Source: Candidatus Parcubacteria bacterium
GTDB lineage: Bacteria > Patescibacteriota > Patescibacteriia > CAIXNZ01
NCBI GenBank assembly: GCA_026395685.1
Contig: JAPLYG010000005.1
Location: 4,126-68,125, forward strand
Length of the DNA stretch: 64,000 nucleotides
Direction: 5' to 3'
Positions 28,122-37,761 of the stretch are shown piece after piece. Numbering within the stretch: the first letter of the stretch is position 1; every line of letters begins with the position of its first letter. The notes below the pieces were generated by a model. The model worked only from the letters and a program-made list of their open reading frames with translations. It ran no database searches and was not told where the DNA came from. The translations under genes were made by a program, and so were the position numbers.

Positions 28122-28655
28122 TTAATTTATTAAGTCAGCCCAATTATCTTTGTAATAATTATACTTAGCGGTAAATTCTTCCTTGGGGGTAAGATCAATT
28201 TCCAAAGATTGTAATTTTTTCTTTAACTTTCCAGCTTCATTTTCCTGTTCTGCTTCCGAACACATTTTTTCCAGTTCAATTATATAGCCATAGCCCTTGG
28301 TATAATCCAGACAAACAATAATTCCCTGCCAGTTAAATTCAAATCTTTTTCGCAACCATTTAATTTGGACTTTAAAACCAAGGCTGAGGAATAGATTTTC
28401 CAATTGCGGAAAATCTTCTTTGGGAAACTTAATCTCCAGTTCTTCGCGAAAATCGTCATGAAGCTGCCCTTTCTTTAACCAAATTTTGGAATAGAAGTCA
28501 TTTTTTTGGATTCTTAAATCCTGAGAACAATCAAAATAAAAAGTTTCCTGGTAATCTTCCTTGACCAGCTTGGCATTTGTTGTAAAAAATCCTAACAATT
28601 TGTCGTATTGTTCTTTGGTTATAAAACTTCTGACTTCAACTTCAATATTATTCAC
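28122..28655 (-). CDS. CYTH-like domain protein (class IV adenylyl cyclase / triphosphate tunnel metalloenzyme family)
   Basis: N-terminal IEVEVRSF (ExExK/R). LRIQ. EELEIKF and YIIELEKM (ExE motifs). 177 aa. Confidence 0.55.
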   Translation of the reverse strand: MNNIEVEVRSFITKEQYDKLLGFFTTNAKLVKEDYQETFYFDCSQDLRIQKNDFYSKIWLKKGQLHDDFREELEIKFPKEDFPQLENLFLSLGFKVQIKWLRKRFEFNWQGIIVCLDYTKGYGYIIELEKMCSEAEQENEAGKLKKKLQSLEIDLTPKEEFTAKYNYYKDNWADLIN

Positions 28656-28831
28656 AAGATAAATTAAACATATAATTATTGACTGGAAAAATTACAGATA
28701 TCATAATAACTTGAATATAAGCGATGCGTAATAATTATAGTATCATACTTAAAATAGAGTGGTTTCGTAAACTAGCAAAAATATAAAAGTCAAAACACCT
28801 GCCGCTATAATTATCCTTTTCAGCATAGTAG

Positions 28832-29920
28832 CTATTTCTTATTTTTGTATAAATATTTAATAAAAATTTTTTCAAATTGTTCTTGAATAACCCGAGCCAC
28901 TGTTTCTGGCGGAACATTTTGATCATAAAAAATATTATGATAGTTTTCAGGCAAAATGTCCAGGGTTCTTAATATTTCCCACACTTTATCCTGTTGTTCC
29001 TTAAATTCATTTGGCAAAACAACGAGATGAGTAATCTCTCTGTTTTGTTTATCTAAATATGAAGAAGCGTCTAATGCCTCGCAAAGCCAGCGGCCATTGG
29101 CAGTACATAACTGTATTTCTCTATAAGCGGGATTTTCTGCTTCGGGATTAACAAAATAAACAGCTCTGCCTTTTCTCAATATTTTTCCTTTTTTCTCTAA
29201 CTCACCTACTAAAGATTCTTCTGCCGCTTTAACCTTAGAACTTTCTGATACAAATAGATAATCCTTACCTTCTTTGTCATCTTTTCTGATTGCGCCGCCG
29301 CTTCTTAATAGACTTTTTAAACTTTTTTTAAAATTATATTTTACTTTATCAGAAAAAGTTAATTGAGGCGCATCTTTTTTCTGCCCTTCAATTATTGTCT
29401 CTCTTGTGGGAGCGCCAAGCAAATGCGCGGAATCAGGCATACTGCTGTTATACTCATCATAAAGAGAAATTAATCTGGCTCGGGGAAATAATTTTCTCAG
29501 GGTTTTAGAAACTAACAAGCCGATTTTATCTGATTTGATTAATTTATCAGACCAGATTTCTCCGGTAGCCATATTATAATCACATAAATATGGACTTAAA
29601 GCTTCAAATTCCACGAGCTTACCGCCGAGATAAGCTTCAACGATTTTTTCAATCTGACATTTGGAGAAATTGACTCCTTCTATGGTTGCCATTCTTTCTA
29701 TTGCCGATAGTTCATCTGTCATTTTACTTATAAGCTCTTCCTGAGTTTTTCCTGAACCTTCTGAGATGCTTCGTCTGAAAGTATCACGAATCTTTCCCAG
29801 CCAATTCATTATTTTATTAGGTTCATTAGGGCTTGGACTTTCTGCTGAAATAAAAGAAGTAGGTTTACCTTTATGTAATTCCTTATATTCCCCCTGATTT
29901 TCTTGCGGTATTTCTCTCAT
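28832..29920 (-). CDS. Hypothetical protein (362 aa, no recognisable domain)
   Basis: ORF-track start is TTG, first ATG (MREIPQEN) used. No SD. Function unknown. Confidence 0.4.
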   Translation of the reverse strand: MREIPQENQGEYKELHKGKPTSFISAESPSPNEPNKIMNWLGKIRDTFRRSISEGSGKTQEELISKMTDELSAIERMATIEGVNFSKCQIEKIVEAYLGGKLVEFEALSPYLCDYNMATGEIWSDKLIKSDKIGLLVSKTLRKLFPRARLISLYDEYNSSMPDSAHLLGAPTRETIIEGQKKDAPQLTFSDKVKYNFKKSLKSLLRSGGAIRKDDKEGKDYLFVSESSKVKAAEESLVGELEKKGKILRKGRAVYFVNPEAENPAYREIQLCTANGRWLCEALDASSYLDKQNREITHLVVLPNEFKEQQDKVWEILRTLDILPENYHNIFYDQNVPPETVARVIQEQFEKIFIKYLYKNKK

Positions 29921-30228
29921 ATTATTTAATAAATAATAATTTGTCTTTATTATAGCAAATTTGCTGAATTTTACAATAAAAGACAAGACACATACGTTGC
30001 CATTCCTGCCTCCTTTGTTTGTTTAGTAATTTGGGAAATTAAGGAGAATCATCAGCCTGCATTCTTACACAAAATTAATTTAATATATTGCATCAATAAT
30101 ATCAAGACCAGATAAAAAATTGAAAGACAATTACTTTAATTCGCGCTAGCTTGACATTTAAACTTATACCTGTTAATTTAAATTATCAGTAAAGCTAAAG
30201 TCAAAAAAATAAGCAAGGAGGAGCAGAA

Positions 30229-30858
30229 ATGGGCACGCAAGGGCTGGTTACTGTCAAAGATGGCAGAAAGGTAGTGATGAAATTAGTATGCGGCCATGAC
30301 GGTATGACTGCACCACAGTTGGCCAAAGCCATTAAAGAAAAATGGCCGCTAACAGCCTTACAAGCCTATGAACTGGCAATCGAATGCGGTTTTGGCTGTA
30401 GAGATTGCCTGACTGTCATTACTGAAACCATAATTTGTTATGAAAGCGATGATGTAATAAGTGAACAGTATCGTAAGACTTTTAAAAAGCCGAGATTCAA
30501 TCCTCGCTGTAAATCAGGCATTATTGACCAGTATGTTAGCGTAAACATTGCCAGGAAGAAAAACATTCTCAGGAAAAAATGCCTAATAAATGGCGTGGTA
30601 CATAAAATTTTTTTTGAAGGCGGTGTGCAATCCCTTTCCTTTGACGACAATGTCGGCAATAAATCAATTGGCGTTGTTCAGCCCGGTACCTGGGATTTTG
30701 GTACACTTGATGCCCCTGAAACAATAGTAGTTTTGACTAACACAATAAATATTAATGGGGTTGACTACCCAACTCCGGGAAATTGTCCTCTAAAAGCCGG
30801 GGATAAAATCATATTCAAGGCGACTCAGGTCGCCAGCTATCTGTGTATCAAAGGTTAA
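30229..30858 (+). CDS. Two-domain protein: Cys-rich N-terminal domain fused to PpnP/YaiE-like (DUF1255 cupin) pyrimidine/purine nucleoside phosphorylase-like domain
   Basis: C-terminal IGVVQPGTWDFGTLDAPETIVVL...AGDKIIFKATQVASYLC matches PpnP (GVMxPGEYxFxT...SYLC). N-terminal CGHDG...CGFGCRDC. RBS caaggagga. Confidence 0.45.
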   Translation: MGTQGLVTVKDGRKVVMKLVCGHDGMTAPQLAKAIKEKWPLTALQAYELAIECGFGCRDCLTVITETIICYESDDVISEQYRKTFKKPRFNPRCKSGIIDQYVSVNIARKKNILRKKCLINGVVHKIFFEGGVQSLSFDDNVGNKSIGVVQPGTWDFGTLDAPETIVVLTNTININGVDYPTPGNCPLKAGDKIIFKATQVASYLCIKG

Positions 30859-30976
30859 AGTTTGTGCCCTCTGCCAGTCAGAGGGCATTTTTTAATCTTG
30901 ACAAAATATGTACAAACTGTTAAATCTAAATTGTTGCAGGCGAGCTTGCAACTATTTCTTCAGGAGGTGAAATGCA

Positions 30977-31575
30977 TGCATTTCCCAAAGGAACTCTTGG
31001 CGTCGGCTCTGGAGGTTATCAAAAAAGGCGGAGAAATTTCTGAAAATGACTGGGGAGGAATTCTCAGCAATTTGAAGAAAGCCCTCCACCCCTATCTCTC
31101 CCAAATAGCCAATAAGCCTTTGGGGGACATCAACATCCTGGAATGTTCAGCGGGCAATAGCATAAAAGATAAGATCAAGCCCGATGACATCTGTTGCGGT
31201 TCTATCATGAATCCATTAAAAATTCCAGGGTTGTGGCTTCCAGCCATCCTTATGCCAAGAAAGGAAAAAAATGATACGGATTGCGTCTTTGTTTGGGGCA
31301 TTACCCGCAATGACGATTGGGCCCAAGTTAAAATTATTTGCGATCTGAGGTACGAGACCCCACCGACCATCTACGATTTTGACATAGAATCAATGAAGAT
31401 TGCCTTTTCATGGCCCCTTGAAATCTCTGAAAATTGCGGCCTTACACTGGAACAAATGTTTGAGCAAATTCTCAAAGCAGTGGCTGACTGGGCAGAAAGA
31501 CGCCGGAAACTCGCGTATGAAGCGGAAATTTTCAACCTCAGTCTCCAGGGAGTCAAGAACATTCTTTTCGACTAA
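30977..31575 (+). CDS. Hypothetical protein
   Basis: Start at ATG 8 nt after AGGAGGTG (ORF-track start lies further upstream). 199 aa. Confidence 0.4.
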
Positions 31576-31707
31576 GGAATCCAAGGGCTCAAACGAGTTT
31601 ACCATACCGCCAATATACTTACAAAAGTTGAGGCGGTTTTTTTTATTCTCATTATTGACAACTTTATACAATCATGCTAAAGTTACAAGTCAAGAAAAAT
31701 GGAGGTA

Positions 31708-32109
31708 ATGATGAAAACGCAAAGACAAATGGCAAAGGAAATTGCGGCAGCTCTTGGCAAAAAAGAGTCTAACGCTGTTGTTTTTTTAAACCAAATCATC
31801 AAAGGCAAAAAGAAAATACCCAATGAGTGGGTACCGGAAATGCTAAAGGCAACCGGATGTAATACTCGCGAAGAATTGCTACAAATGTATCCTCGTATAA
31901 CATTCAATAGGGATTTGCATTTGGGAGATGATTCCTTAATTACTGTTAAACTGACGGTTCATAATGCTGTTGCTGATATGTATTTTGAGCAACTGCCTAA
32001 TGTGATTAAAGCTTTTGATTCATTGCGGCTTTTGGGTATCGATGTTGAAGTATCCATGCGTTCAAAAACAGCTGCAGATTCGGCTGATACGCCCGAAACA
32101 GTGAAATAG
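31708..32109 (+). CDS. Hypothetical protein (possible HTH)
   Basis: RBS GGAGGT overlaps the ORF-track start. MMKTQRQMAKEIAAALGKKESNAVVFLNQI resembles an HTH. Confidence 0.4.
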   Translation: MMKTQRQMAKEIAAALGKKESNAVVFLNQIIKGKKKIPNEWVPEMLKATGCNTREELLQMYPRITFNRDLHLGDDSLITVKLTVHNAVADMYFEQLPNVIKAFDSLRLLGIDVEVSMRSKTAADSADTPETVK

Positions 32110-32117
32110 CCTATTTT

Positions 32118-32150
32118 CTAACCTCGGTTGCGCAAAGCGACTCGAGGTTT
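32118..32150 (+). terminator. Intrinsic terminator
   Basis: aacctcggttgcgcaaagcgactcgaggtttttta. Confidence 0.5.
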
Positions 32151-32283
32151 TTTATTTAATAAAAAAGAGCCATTGATAGCTCATTTTGCTGTGACAACTG
32201 ATGTAACTGCGGTGGGCGGAGGCGAGAGGATTTGTTCCGTGAAGCAAAATCCCGCTGCGCGGGAAACCCTATAGATATTTGTA

Positions 32284-32369
32284 CGGAGAGGGAGAGATTC
32301 GAACTCTCGATTCCTTTTGGGAATAACGGTGTTCGAGACCGTCCCATTCAACCGCTCTGGCACCTCTCC
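32284..32369 (-). tRNA. tRNA-Ser (anticodon CGA), class II long variable arm, no encoded CCA
   Basis: Reverse complement GGAGAGGUGCCAGAGCGGUUGAAUGGGACGGUCUCGAACACCGUUAUUCCCAAAAGGAAUCGAGAGUUCGAAUCUCUCCCUCUCCG. 7-bp acceptor, AGCGGUUGAA D-loop, anticodon stem ACGGU/ACCGU with loop CU-CGA-AC, GUUCGAAUC T-loop, G73. Followed by minus-strand hairpin cccgcgcagcggg + AUUUUG. Confidence 0.85.
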
Positions 32370-32380
32370 AAAAAAATAGA

Positions 32381-33406
32381 TTATGTAATTATACCCTTAA
32401 AATTTTCCATAACAAACGGATTTAATTCAGTAATATCGTGATAATAAACTTCAGCTGAGGCTTTACAACCTCCCTTACATTCACTGATTAATTTGCAGCC
32501 ACTGCAGACCTTGGGAAAAGTATTGATATAATTCTTGGCAGTTTCTGAATTTAATATATCATTTACTTTTTTTTCTAAAACATTACCTAAAATCAAGGCG
32601 CTATGATTGCATAATCTCAAATTCCCTGCCGGGTCAATTGCATAGTAAGGATTTTTTCCGCCGATCTGGCATTCGCCAAACTTTAAATTTTTAAATATTT
32701 TTTTATCTATCACGCATTCTGGTAATGGGATGCCGCAACCAGAAGACAGATCATAATCAACACAAAGCTGATCAATAACCAGCAGTGCATCCTTCAATTC
32801 CTGAGCTGAAAGCATTAGTTCATTTTTATACTCTATGCCCCTGCCTCCGACATTAAAAAAATTGACCAAAAGTCCGTCTGCCAGGGCAATAGCAATTTCC
32901 GTCATTTCCTTGACTTCGCTGACATTTTTTTTATTTAAAACAAATACAGCGGTCACTCGACCGCCTTGTTTTTTTATTTCCTGAATTGTTTCAATTACCC
33001 TCTGCCAACTGCCTGCATTCTTTGTCAACGCGTCATGTGTTTCAGGCTTGGCTCCAAGTATGGGCAATTCAAAATTTACCACCCCATATTTTATATATCT
33101 TTTGATCAAATCCTTATTCCAAAGAGTGCCGTTGGTTATCAATGTGACTGGGATATAATATTTGGCAATATGTTGAATTATTGTTTCAATGCCAATTTTT
33201 AGGAGCGGTTCGCCACCGGAAATAGCAAATCCTCTTGGATTTGTTTCAATAACAAGATTATCTATCAATTTTTTCCAGTCTTCAATTTCTAATTCCTGTT
33301 TAGGGTAATTTAGATTTGCTTTCCAGGCATTATAACAATATAAACAATTATTATTGCAGGCTTTAGTGACTTCCAGAATGTAAGAAATTTTTGATTTATT
33401 TAGCAT
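32381..33406 (-). CDS. Radical SAM / SPASM-domain enzyme (peptide- or protein-modifying maturase-like)
   Basis: CNNNCLYCY (CxxxCxxC). ISGGEPLL. C-terminal SPASM Cys array CGIPLPEC...GEC...CNHS...CSGCKLISECKGGC. Start set to internal ATG (MLNKSK), since the ORF-track start is TTG. Confidence 0.75.
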   Translation of the reverse strand: MLNKSKISYILEVTKACNNNCLYCYNAWKANLNYPKQELEIEDWKKLIDNLVIETNPRGFAISGGEPLLKIGIETIIQHIAKYYIPVTLITNGTLWNKDLIKRYIKYGVVNFELPILGAKPETHDALTKNAGSWQRVIETIQEIKKQGGRVTAVFVLNKKNVSEVKEMTEIAIALADGLLVNFFNVGGRGIEYKNELMLSAQELKDALLVIDQLCVDYDLSSGCGIPLPECVIDKKIFKNLKFGECQIGGKNPYYAIDPAGNLRLCNHSALILGNVLEKKVNDILNSETAKNYINTFPKVCSGCKLISECKGGCKASAEVYYHDITELNPFVMENFKGIIT

Positions 33407-34013
33407 CTTTCTTGGGCTTAATAGTCCCCTGTTTCGCAAGTTTTTTAACTAGTTTATCCTTTTTTGTTTCAAACAGATCCGTAAAGGCATATTTTTTCAA
33501 AGACGGAAACACTTTCAAGATAATGTAAAGTAAAAAAACAATCAACGCCGGGAGCACGAAAATTAAATATAATGCCATTTTGAAAATTTTGATATTTTTA
33601 ATTGAGATTATCAGATATCCTAGACCGGCCGCGATAGTAGTAGAAACCATTATAGTTACAAATCTCTCAAATAACGAGCCTTCGAGACCATATAAAAAAT
33701 AAAATGAATTTATTATCGAAGTTATAGCCCAAAAAAAGATAGCCAAAATCAGTGTTCTTAAAAATCCCTTATAAATTTCATTGTATAAATTAAAGTTTGG
33801 CCTTTTAAGCAATTTTACTGCATGAAAGATTGCTAAGACAAATGCGCCGATTGGGGCAAGGACGTTATATAAAATAACTGAGGCTGTTCTAGTAGTTTGC
33901 TCGACCGGGTCAATCGGGCCGGTGAGATAACACGTTATTTCCGTATCATCAAAAGTCAGCTGAGCATATGCAGGCTTAATTAGTTTTTCCGCAAGGAAAT
34001 TTAAAATTTTCAT
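33396..34013 (-). CDS. Hypothetical 4-TM membrane protein with cleavable signal peptide, translationally coupled to radical SAM/SPASM gene
   Basis: MKILNFLAEKLIKPAYAQ, then four hydrophobic helices, K-rich C-terminus. Overlaps downstream gene by ~11 nt. Confidence 0.45.
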   Translation of the reverse strand: MKILNFLAEKLIKPAYAQLTFDDTEITCYLTGPIDPVEQTTRTASVILYNVLAPIGAFVLAIFHAVKLLKRPNFNLYNEIYKGFLRTLILAIFFWAITSIINSFYFLYGLEGSLFERFVTIMVSTTIAAGLGYLIISIKNIKIFKMALYLIFVLPALIVFLLYIILKVFPSLKKYAFTDLFETKKDKLVKKLAKQGTIKPKKDAK

Positions 34014-34059
34014 AGTATTAATGTTAAATTGTTATCTAATCTAAGTATAACAAATTTTG

Positions 34060-34095
34060 ACTGATAATAAAATAAAACAAGCCTGTTTAGGGCTT
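34060..34095. terminator. Bidirectional terminator downstream of typA
   Basis: aaaacaagcctgtttagggcttgcttttatt. Confidence 0.45.
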
Positions 34096-34099
34096 GCTT

Positions 34100-35905
34100 T
34101 TATTCCTGTCTGGACATTCTTTTATTTTGAAGCGCGCTTAAATAGATTTTGCGGATGCGGACATGAAGAGGAGTAATTTCAACCAATTCATCGTCACCGA
34201 TATATTCCAGGGCGTCTTCCAAATCCATTGTTTTGGGAGTATTAAAATGTTCCACCCCCCCGTCGCCTTTGGAGCGCATATTTGAGAGTTTTTTAGTTTT
34301 ACAAACATTAACCCAGATATCACCGGAACGAGAATTTTGGCCCACCACTTCCCCTTCATAAACCTGCACTGCCGGACCATAAAATAAAATACCGCGATCC
34401 TGGATATTAACCATGCCGTATAAATTGGTGATGCCTGTTTCATGAGCAACAAGAGAACCCTGATCTTTTTCTTTCCAATTGCCCGGATCCGGTAAATAAT
34501 CATGAAAAATTGTATTAATAATGCCCAAGCCTCTGGTATCAGTTAAAAATTCCGCGCGATAGCCAAAGAGTCCGCGAGTCGGAATAATATATTCCATAAA
34601 TACTGTATTATCAACCGTATTCATTTCTTTAAGTTCGCCCTTGCGTCCACCCAATTTCTGAATGATTATACCTTGGCTAAAATCAGGCGCTTCAATATAT
34701 AAACGTTCATAAGGTGTCATTTTCTTGCCATTGATTTCCTTATTGATAACCTGGGGACGAGAGACTTGCATTTCATAACCTTCGCGTCTTAAGCGTTCAA
34801 TTAGAATCGCCAAGTGTAATTCACCGCGACCCGAAACAATCCATTTGCCGTCAGCAGTGTCTTCCACGCGTAAAGCCATATCAGTTTCCAATTCTTTGAA
34901 TAAACGCGCCCTTATCTGACGCGAAGTTGAAAATTTGCCTTCTTTACCGGCAAAAGGAGAATCATTGACCATAAAAGTCATTTTTACAGTCGGCTCGTCA
35001 ATTTTAAGTAAAGGCAAAGCCTCAGGATTCACAGAATCAGCAATTGTTTCACCGATAGTAATATCGGGAATGCCGGCTAAAGCCACGATATCACCGGCTG
35101 AAGCTTCTTGAATATCTACCCGTCCTAAACCCACAAATGACATTAAAGACATTAAACGGTATTTTTTTTGCACACCTTCACGGTTAATATGTACGACATC
35201 CTGTCCTGCTTTTATTTTTCCGTTATGAATACTGCCAATGGCAATTCTGCCCTTAAAGTCATCGCCAATAATATTTGAAACTAACAGTTGTAATGGTTTT
35301 TCAGGATCAGCTACAGGTGCGGGAATATGTTTTACAATCGCTTCAAAGACTGGTTCAATATCTTTCATTGCTTTCAAATTTGCGTCAGTACCGGCTAAAC
35401 CCTGCTTGGCAACCGCATAAATAACAGGAAAATTTAAAGCCTGATCATCGGCGCCCAATTCAATAAATAATTCAAAAGTTTTATTCAAAACATAATCAGG
35501 ACGGGCATCAGGCTTATCAATCTTATTTATTACCACAATAATCTTATGACCCATGGCCAGAGCTTTTTTCAATACAAAACGGGTCTGAGGCATAGGGCCT
35601 TCTTTGGCATCAACCAAAAGCAAACAACCGTCAGCCATATTCAAGACACGTTCCACTTCCCCGCCAAAGTCAGCATGACCAGGAGTATCTATAATATTGA
35701 TTTTTGTGCCATTCCAGACAACAGAAGCATTTTTGGAAAAAATAGTGATACCGCGTTCTTTTTCCAGTTCATTGCTGTCCATAATCAAATCTGAGCCGGA
35801 AACATCCTTATTTAATTGGGTTTTTGACTGGCGCAACAAAGCATCCACCAGCGTAGTTTTGCCGTGGTCAACGTGAGCGATTATAGCGATATTGCGTATA
35901 TTCAT
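34100..35905 (-). CDS. typA: Translational GTPase TypA/BipA
   Basis: MNIRNIAIIAHVDHGKTTLVDALL, DTPGHADFGGEVER, NKIDK. 601 aa. Confidence 0.9.
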   Translation of the reverse strand: MNIRNIAIIAHVDHGKTTLVDALLRQSKTQLNKDVSGSDLIMDSNELEKERGITIFSKNASVVWNGTKINIIDTPGHADFGGEVERVLNMADGCLLLVDAKEGPMPQTRFVLKKALAMGHKIIVVINKIDKPDARPDYVLNKTFELFIELGADDQALNFPVIYAVAKQGLAGTDANLKAMKDIEPVFEAIVKHIPAPVADPEKPLQLLVSNIIGDDFKGRIAIGSIHNGKIKAGQDVVHINREGVQKKYRLMSLMSFVGLGRVDIQEASAGDIVALAGIPDITIGETIADSVNPEALPLLKIDEPTVKMTFMVNDSPFAGKEGKFSTSRQIRARLFKELETDMALRVEDTADGKWIVSGRGELHLAILIERLRREGYEMQVSRPQVINKEINGKKMTPYERLYIEAPDFSQGIIIQKLGGRKGELKEMNTVDNTVFMEYIIPTRGLFGYRAEFLTDTRGLGIINTIFHDYLPDPGNWKEKDQGSLVAHETGITNLYGMVNIQDRGILFYGPAVQVYEGEVVGQNSRSGDIWVNVCKTKKLSNMRSKGDGGVEHFNTPKTMDLEDALEYIGDDELVEITPLHVRIRKIYLSALQNKRMSRQE

Positions 35906-35939
35906 ATAATTATTGTAAGTTATTAAGCCAAAAAATAAA

Positions 35940-35968
35940 AAATCCGCTGTTAGCGGCAGAAATCATTA
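35940..35968 (-). terminator. Intrinsic terminator of 36038-36406 gene
   Basis: Minus: ccgctaacagcgg followed by ATTTTTTATTTTTT. Confidence 0.4.
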
Positions 35969-36037
35969 CCTACTTTAATATACTCCAAACCAGTCTTTTT
36001 GTCAATATTTCTAGGCTAATACACCATAAATTTGAAT

Positions 36038-36406
36038 TTATTGCTTGTCATCATTATTTTTTCCTTTGAAAAAATTACCTATATCGATATCGGTCTGATC
36101 TCCGTCTTTGATATTGTACTTTTTCTTTAAGGCCTCTTTTTTATTTAGAAGATACAAAATAAATGCAAAACCCCCTATAGTAACTGCTTGTAAAATACCG
36201 CTAAAATATTCAAGGAAAGATTGTTTGGCACCTTGATCTTTAATAAAAAATAATAAAAAAGTATCGCCTATTAAAGACGAATTTTCATCGCCTAAAGAAA
36301 ATAAAGCAAATAATCCGAAAGCTGCAATAGCAATGGTTATGGCGCCTATTAAAATTTTATTCAATCTTTGAACTTCAGGTGGTAAGTTTGCATTATCTTG
36401 GTTCAT
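36038..36406 (-). CDS. Small 2-TM membrane protein (hypothetical)
   Basis: 122 aa. 5-nt gap from upstream methyltransferase gene. Confidence 0.4.
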   Translation of the reverse strand: MNQDNANLPPEVQRLNKILIGAITIAIAAFGLFALFSLGDENSSLIGDTFLLFFIKDQGAKQSFLEYFSGILQAVTIGGFAFILYLLNKKEALKKKYNIKDGDQTDIDIGNFFKGKNNDDKQ

Positions 36407-36411
36407 ATTTT

Positions 36412-37143
36412 TTATAATTTAATAATTAAGCACTGGCTGCCTGACAATTCCAGCACGATTTCCGGTTTATCCTTGAAAAACTCGTCAACTGCCTGTTTAA
36501 CACCAGCAGCGTCAATATAATCATGAGAAATAATAATTCCGCCTTTAGTCATGCGGGGATAAAAAAATTCCAGGCAATTTTTGGTTGATTCGTAAAGATC
36601 AACATCCAGATTAACAAAAGAAAATGTTTTATTTTTTACAGGACCGGCTGTCTGGGGAAATAACCCCTTGTGAAAGAATACATTAGGGTATTTTTTTAAA
36701 TATTTTTTCACATCTTCAAAAGTAACTACAAATTTACCCTCATAAAATTGTTCGGGATTATCAATTTTTGATATTTCCGGCAAGCCTTCAAACGTATCAA
36801 ATAAATGTAAAGATCTTTTACCCTTAACTTGCGCAATAATTTTGGCTGAAGCGCCTTTGTAAACGCCGACTTCGGCAATATCTCCGGAAATTTTCGCGCT
36901 TGCTTTGGCAGCCATATAAATCTGATAGGCTTCATTATCAAAAAGCAGCATATCATTTTCTTTCTTGATCTGATGAATCAAATCCATGGCCTTGGCCCGT
37001 TCAGGCGTATTATAATAAACAATGACGCCATTTTTTGTTGCCAAGGCATAATTAACAGATTGTCTTAAGACTTTTCTGGGCCAGGATAAAATACTGGCAT
37101 GAGTCAAGACGGAAATAATTTGTTTGAAGATATGTTTAATCAT
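36412..37143 (-). CDS. Class I SAM-dependent O-methyltransferase, TylF/MycF (macrocin O-MT) family-like
   Basis: DVDLYESTKNCLEFFYPRMTKGGIIISHDY and GVYKGASAKIIA motifs. Confidence 0.6.
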   Translation of the reverse strand: MIKHIFKQIISVLTHASILSWPRKVLRQSVNYALATKNGVIVYYNTPERAKAMDLIHQIKKENDMLLFDNEAYQIYMAAKASAKISGDIAEVGVYKGASAKIIAQVKGKRSLHLFDTFEGLPEISKIDNPEQFYEGKFVVTFEDVKKYLKKYPNVFFHKGLFPQTAGPVKNKTFSFVNLDVDLYESTKNCLEFFYPRMTKGGIIISHDYIDAAGVKQAVDEFFKDKPEIVLELSGSQCLIIKL

Positions 37144-37242
37144 GTATATATTTTATCATATTATCCGCATTTGACAAAGTTCCTTAAATAATATAAAACA
37201 CTAGTAATTTCATAGAAGTACTTTACAGGGAGGAAACGATTT

Positions 37243-37698
37243 ATGAATCACAAGGAGTTGATGGGACGGGATTTAAGCGGCTGGAAATTAAAAACAGCTT
37301 ATCATTTGGAACTTCACCACAACTTATGGGGATTTTTCCCGGCTATTATTACCGACAAAGTCGAACAAATGTTCATTTGTCTGGATAAGAAACTTTTGCT
37401 TGAAGTCGCTAAATTTTTGCCTCCCCGGCGTTTTCGCTGCTGTGCCTTCAAAGTTTTGGCCAATGAAAAACTGGGCATTGCCTTTGATCTGCGGCTAATT
37501 TGTGAACATAATTTACCGGAAGATCTACTTGAAGACACCAGCTTATTTATTCTTAACGAAAATAACTTCCAAGAGCTGCTAGCTAATTCCCCGGACAATA
37601 TAAGTCCTTTTCAATGGGCTCCAGGATTGATCGGCGATGAAATGAACGCAGATGAATTCAGGCAAAGCCTGATTCTAAGCCTGAAACATAAAGCCTAA
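37243..37698 (+). CDS. Hypothetical protein
   Basis: RBS agggagga. 151 aa. Confidence 0.4.
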   Translation: MNHKELMGRDLSGWKLKTAYHLELHHNLWGFFPAIITDKVEQMFICLDKKLLLEVAKFLPPRRFRCCAFKVLANEKLGIAFDLRLICEHNLPEDLLEDTSLFILNENNFQELLANSPDNISPFQWAPGLIGDEMNADEFRQSLILSLKHKA

Positions 37699-37707
37699 AA
37701 ACACACA

Positions 37708-37740
37708 AGCCTGGCGTATATTGCGTCAGGCTTTTTCTGT
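37708..37740 (+). terminator. Intrinsic terminator
   Basis: agcctggcgtatattgcgtcaggct + ttttt. Confidence 0.45.
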
Positions 37741-37761
37741 TGATTGGAAATAATAACGATT

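Noticed and set aside
32156-32441. ORF-track ORFs 32156-32347, 32181-32363 and 32232-32441
   Set aside because: They overlap the tRNA-Ser(CGA) gene and its terminator, so they are spurious.
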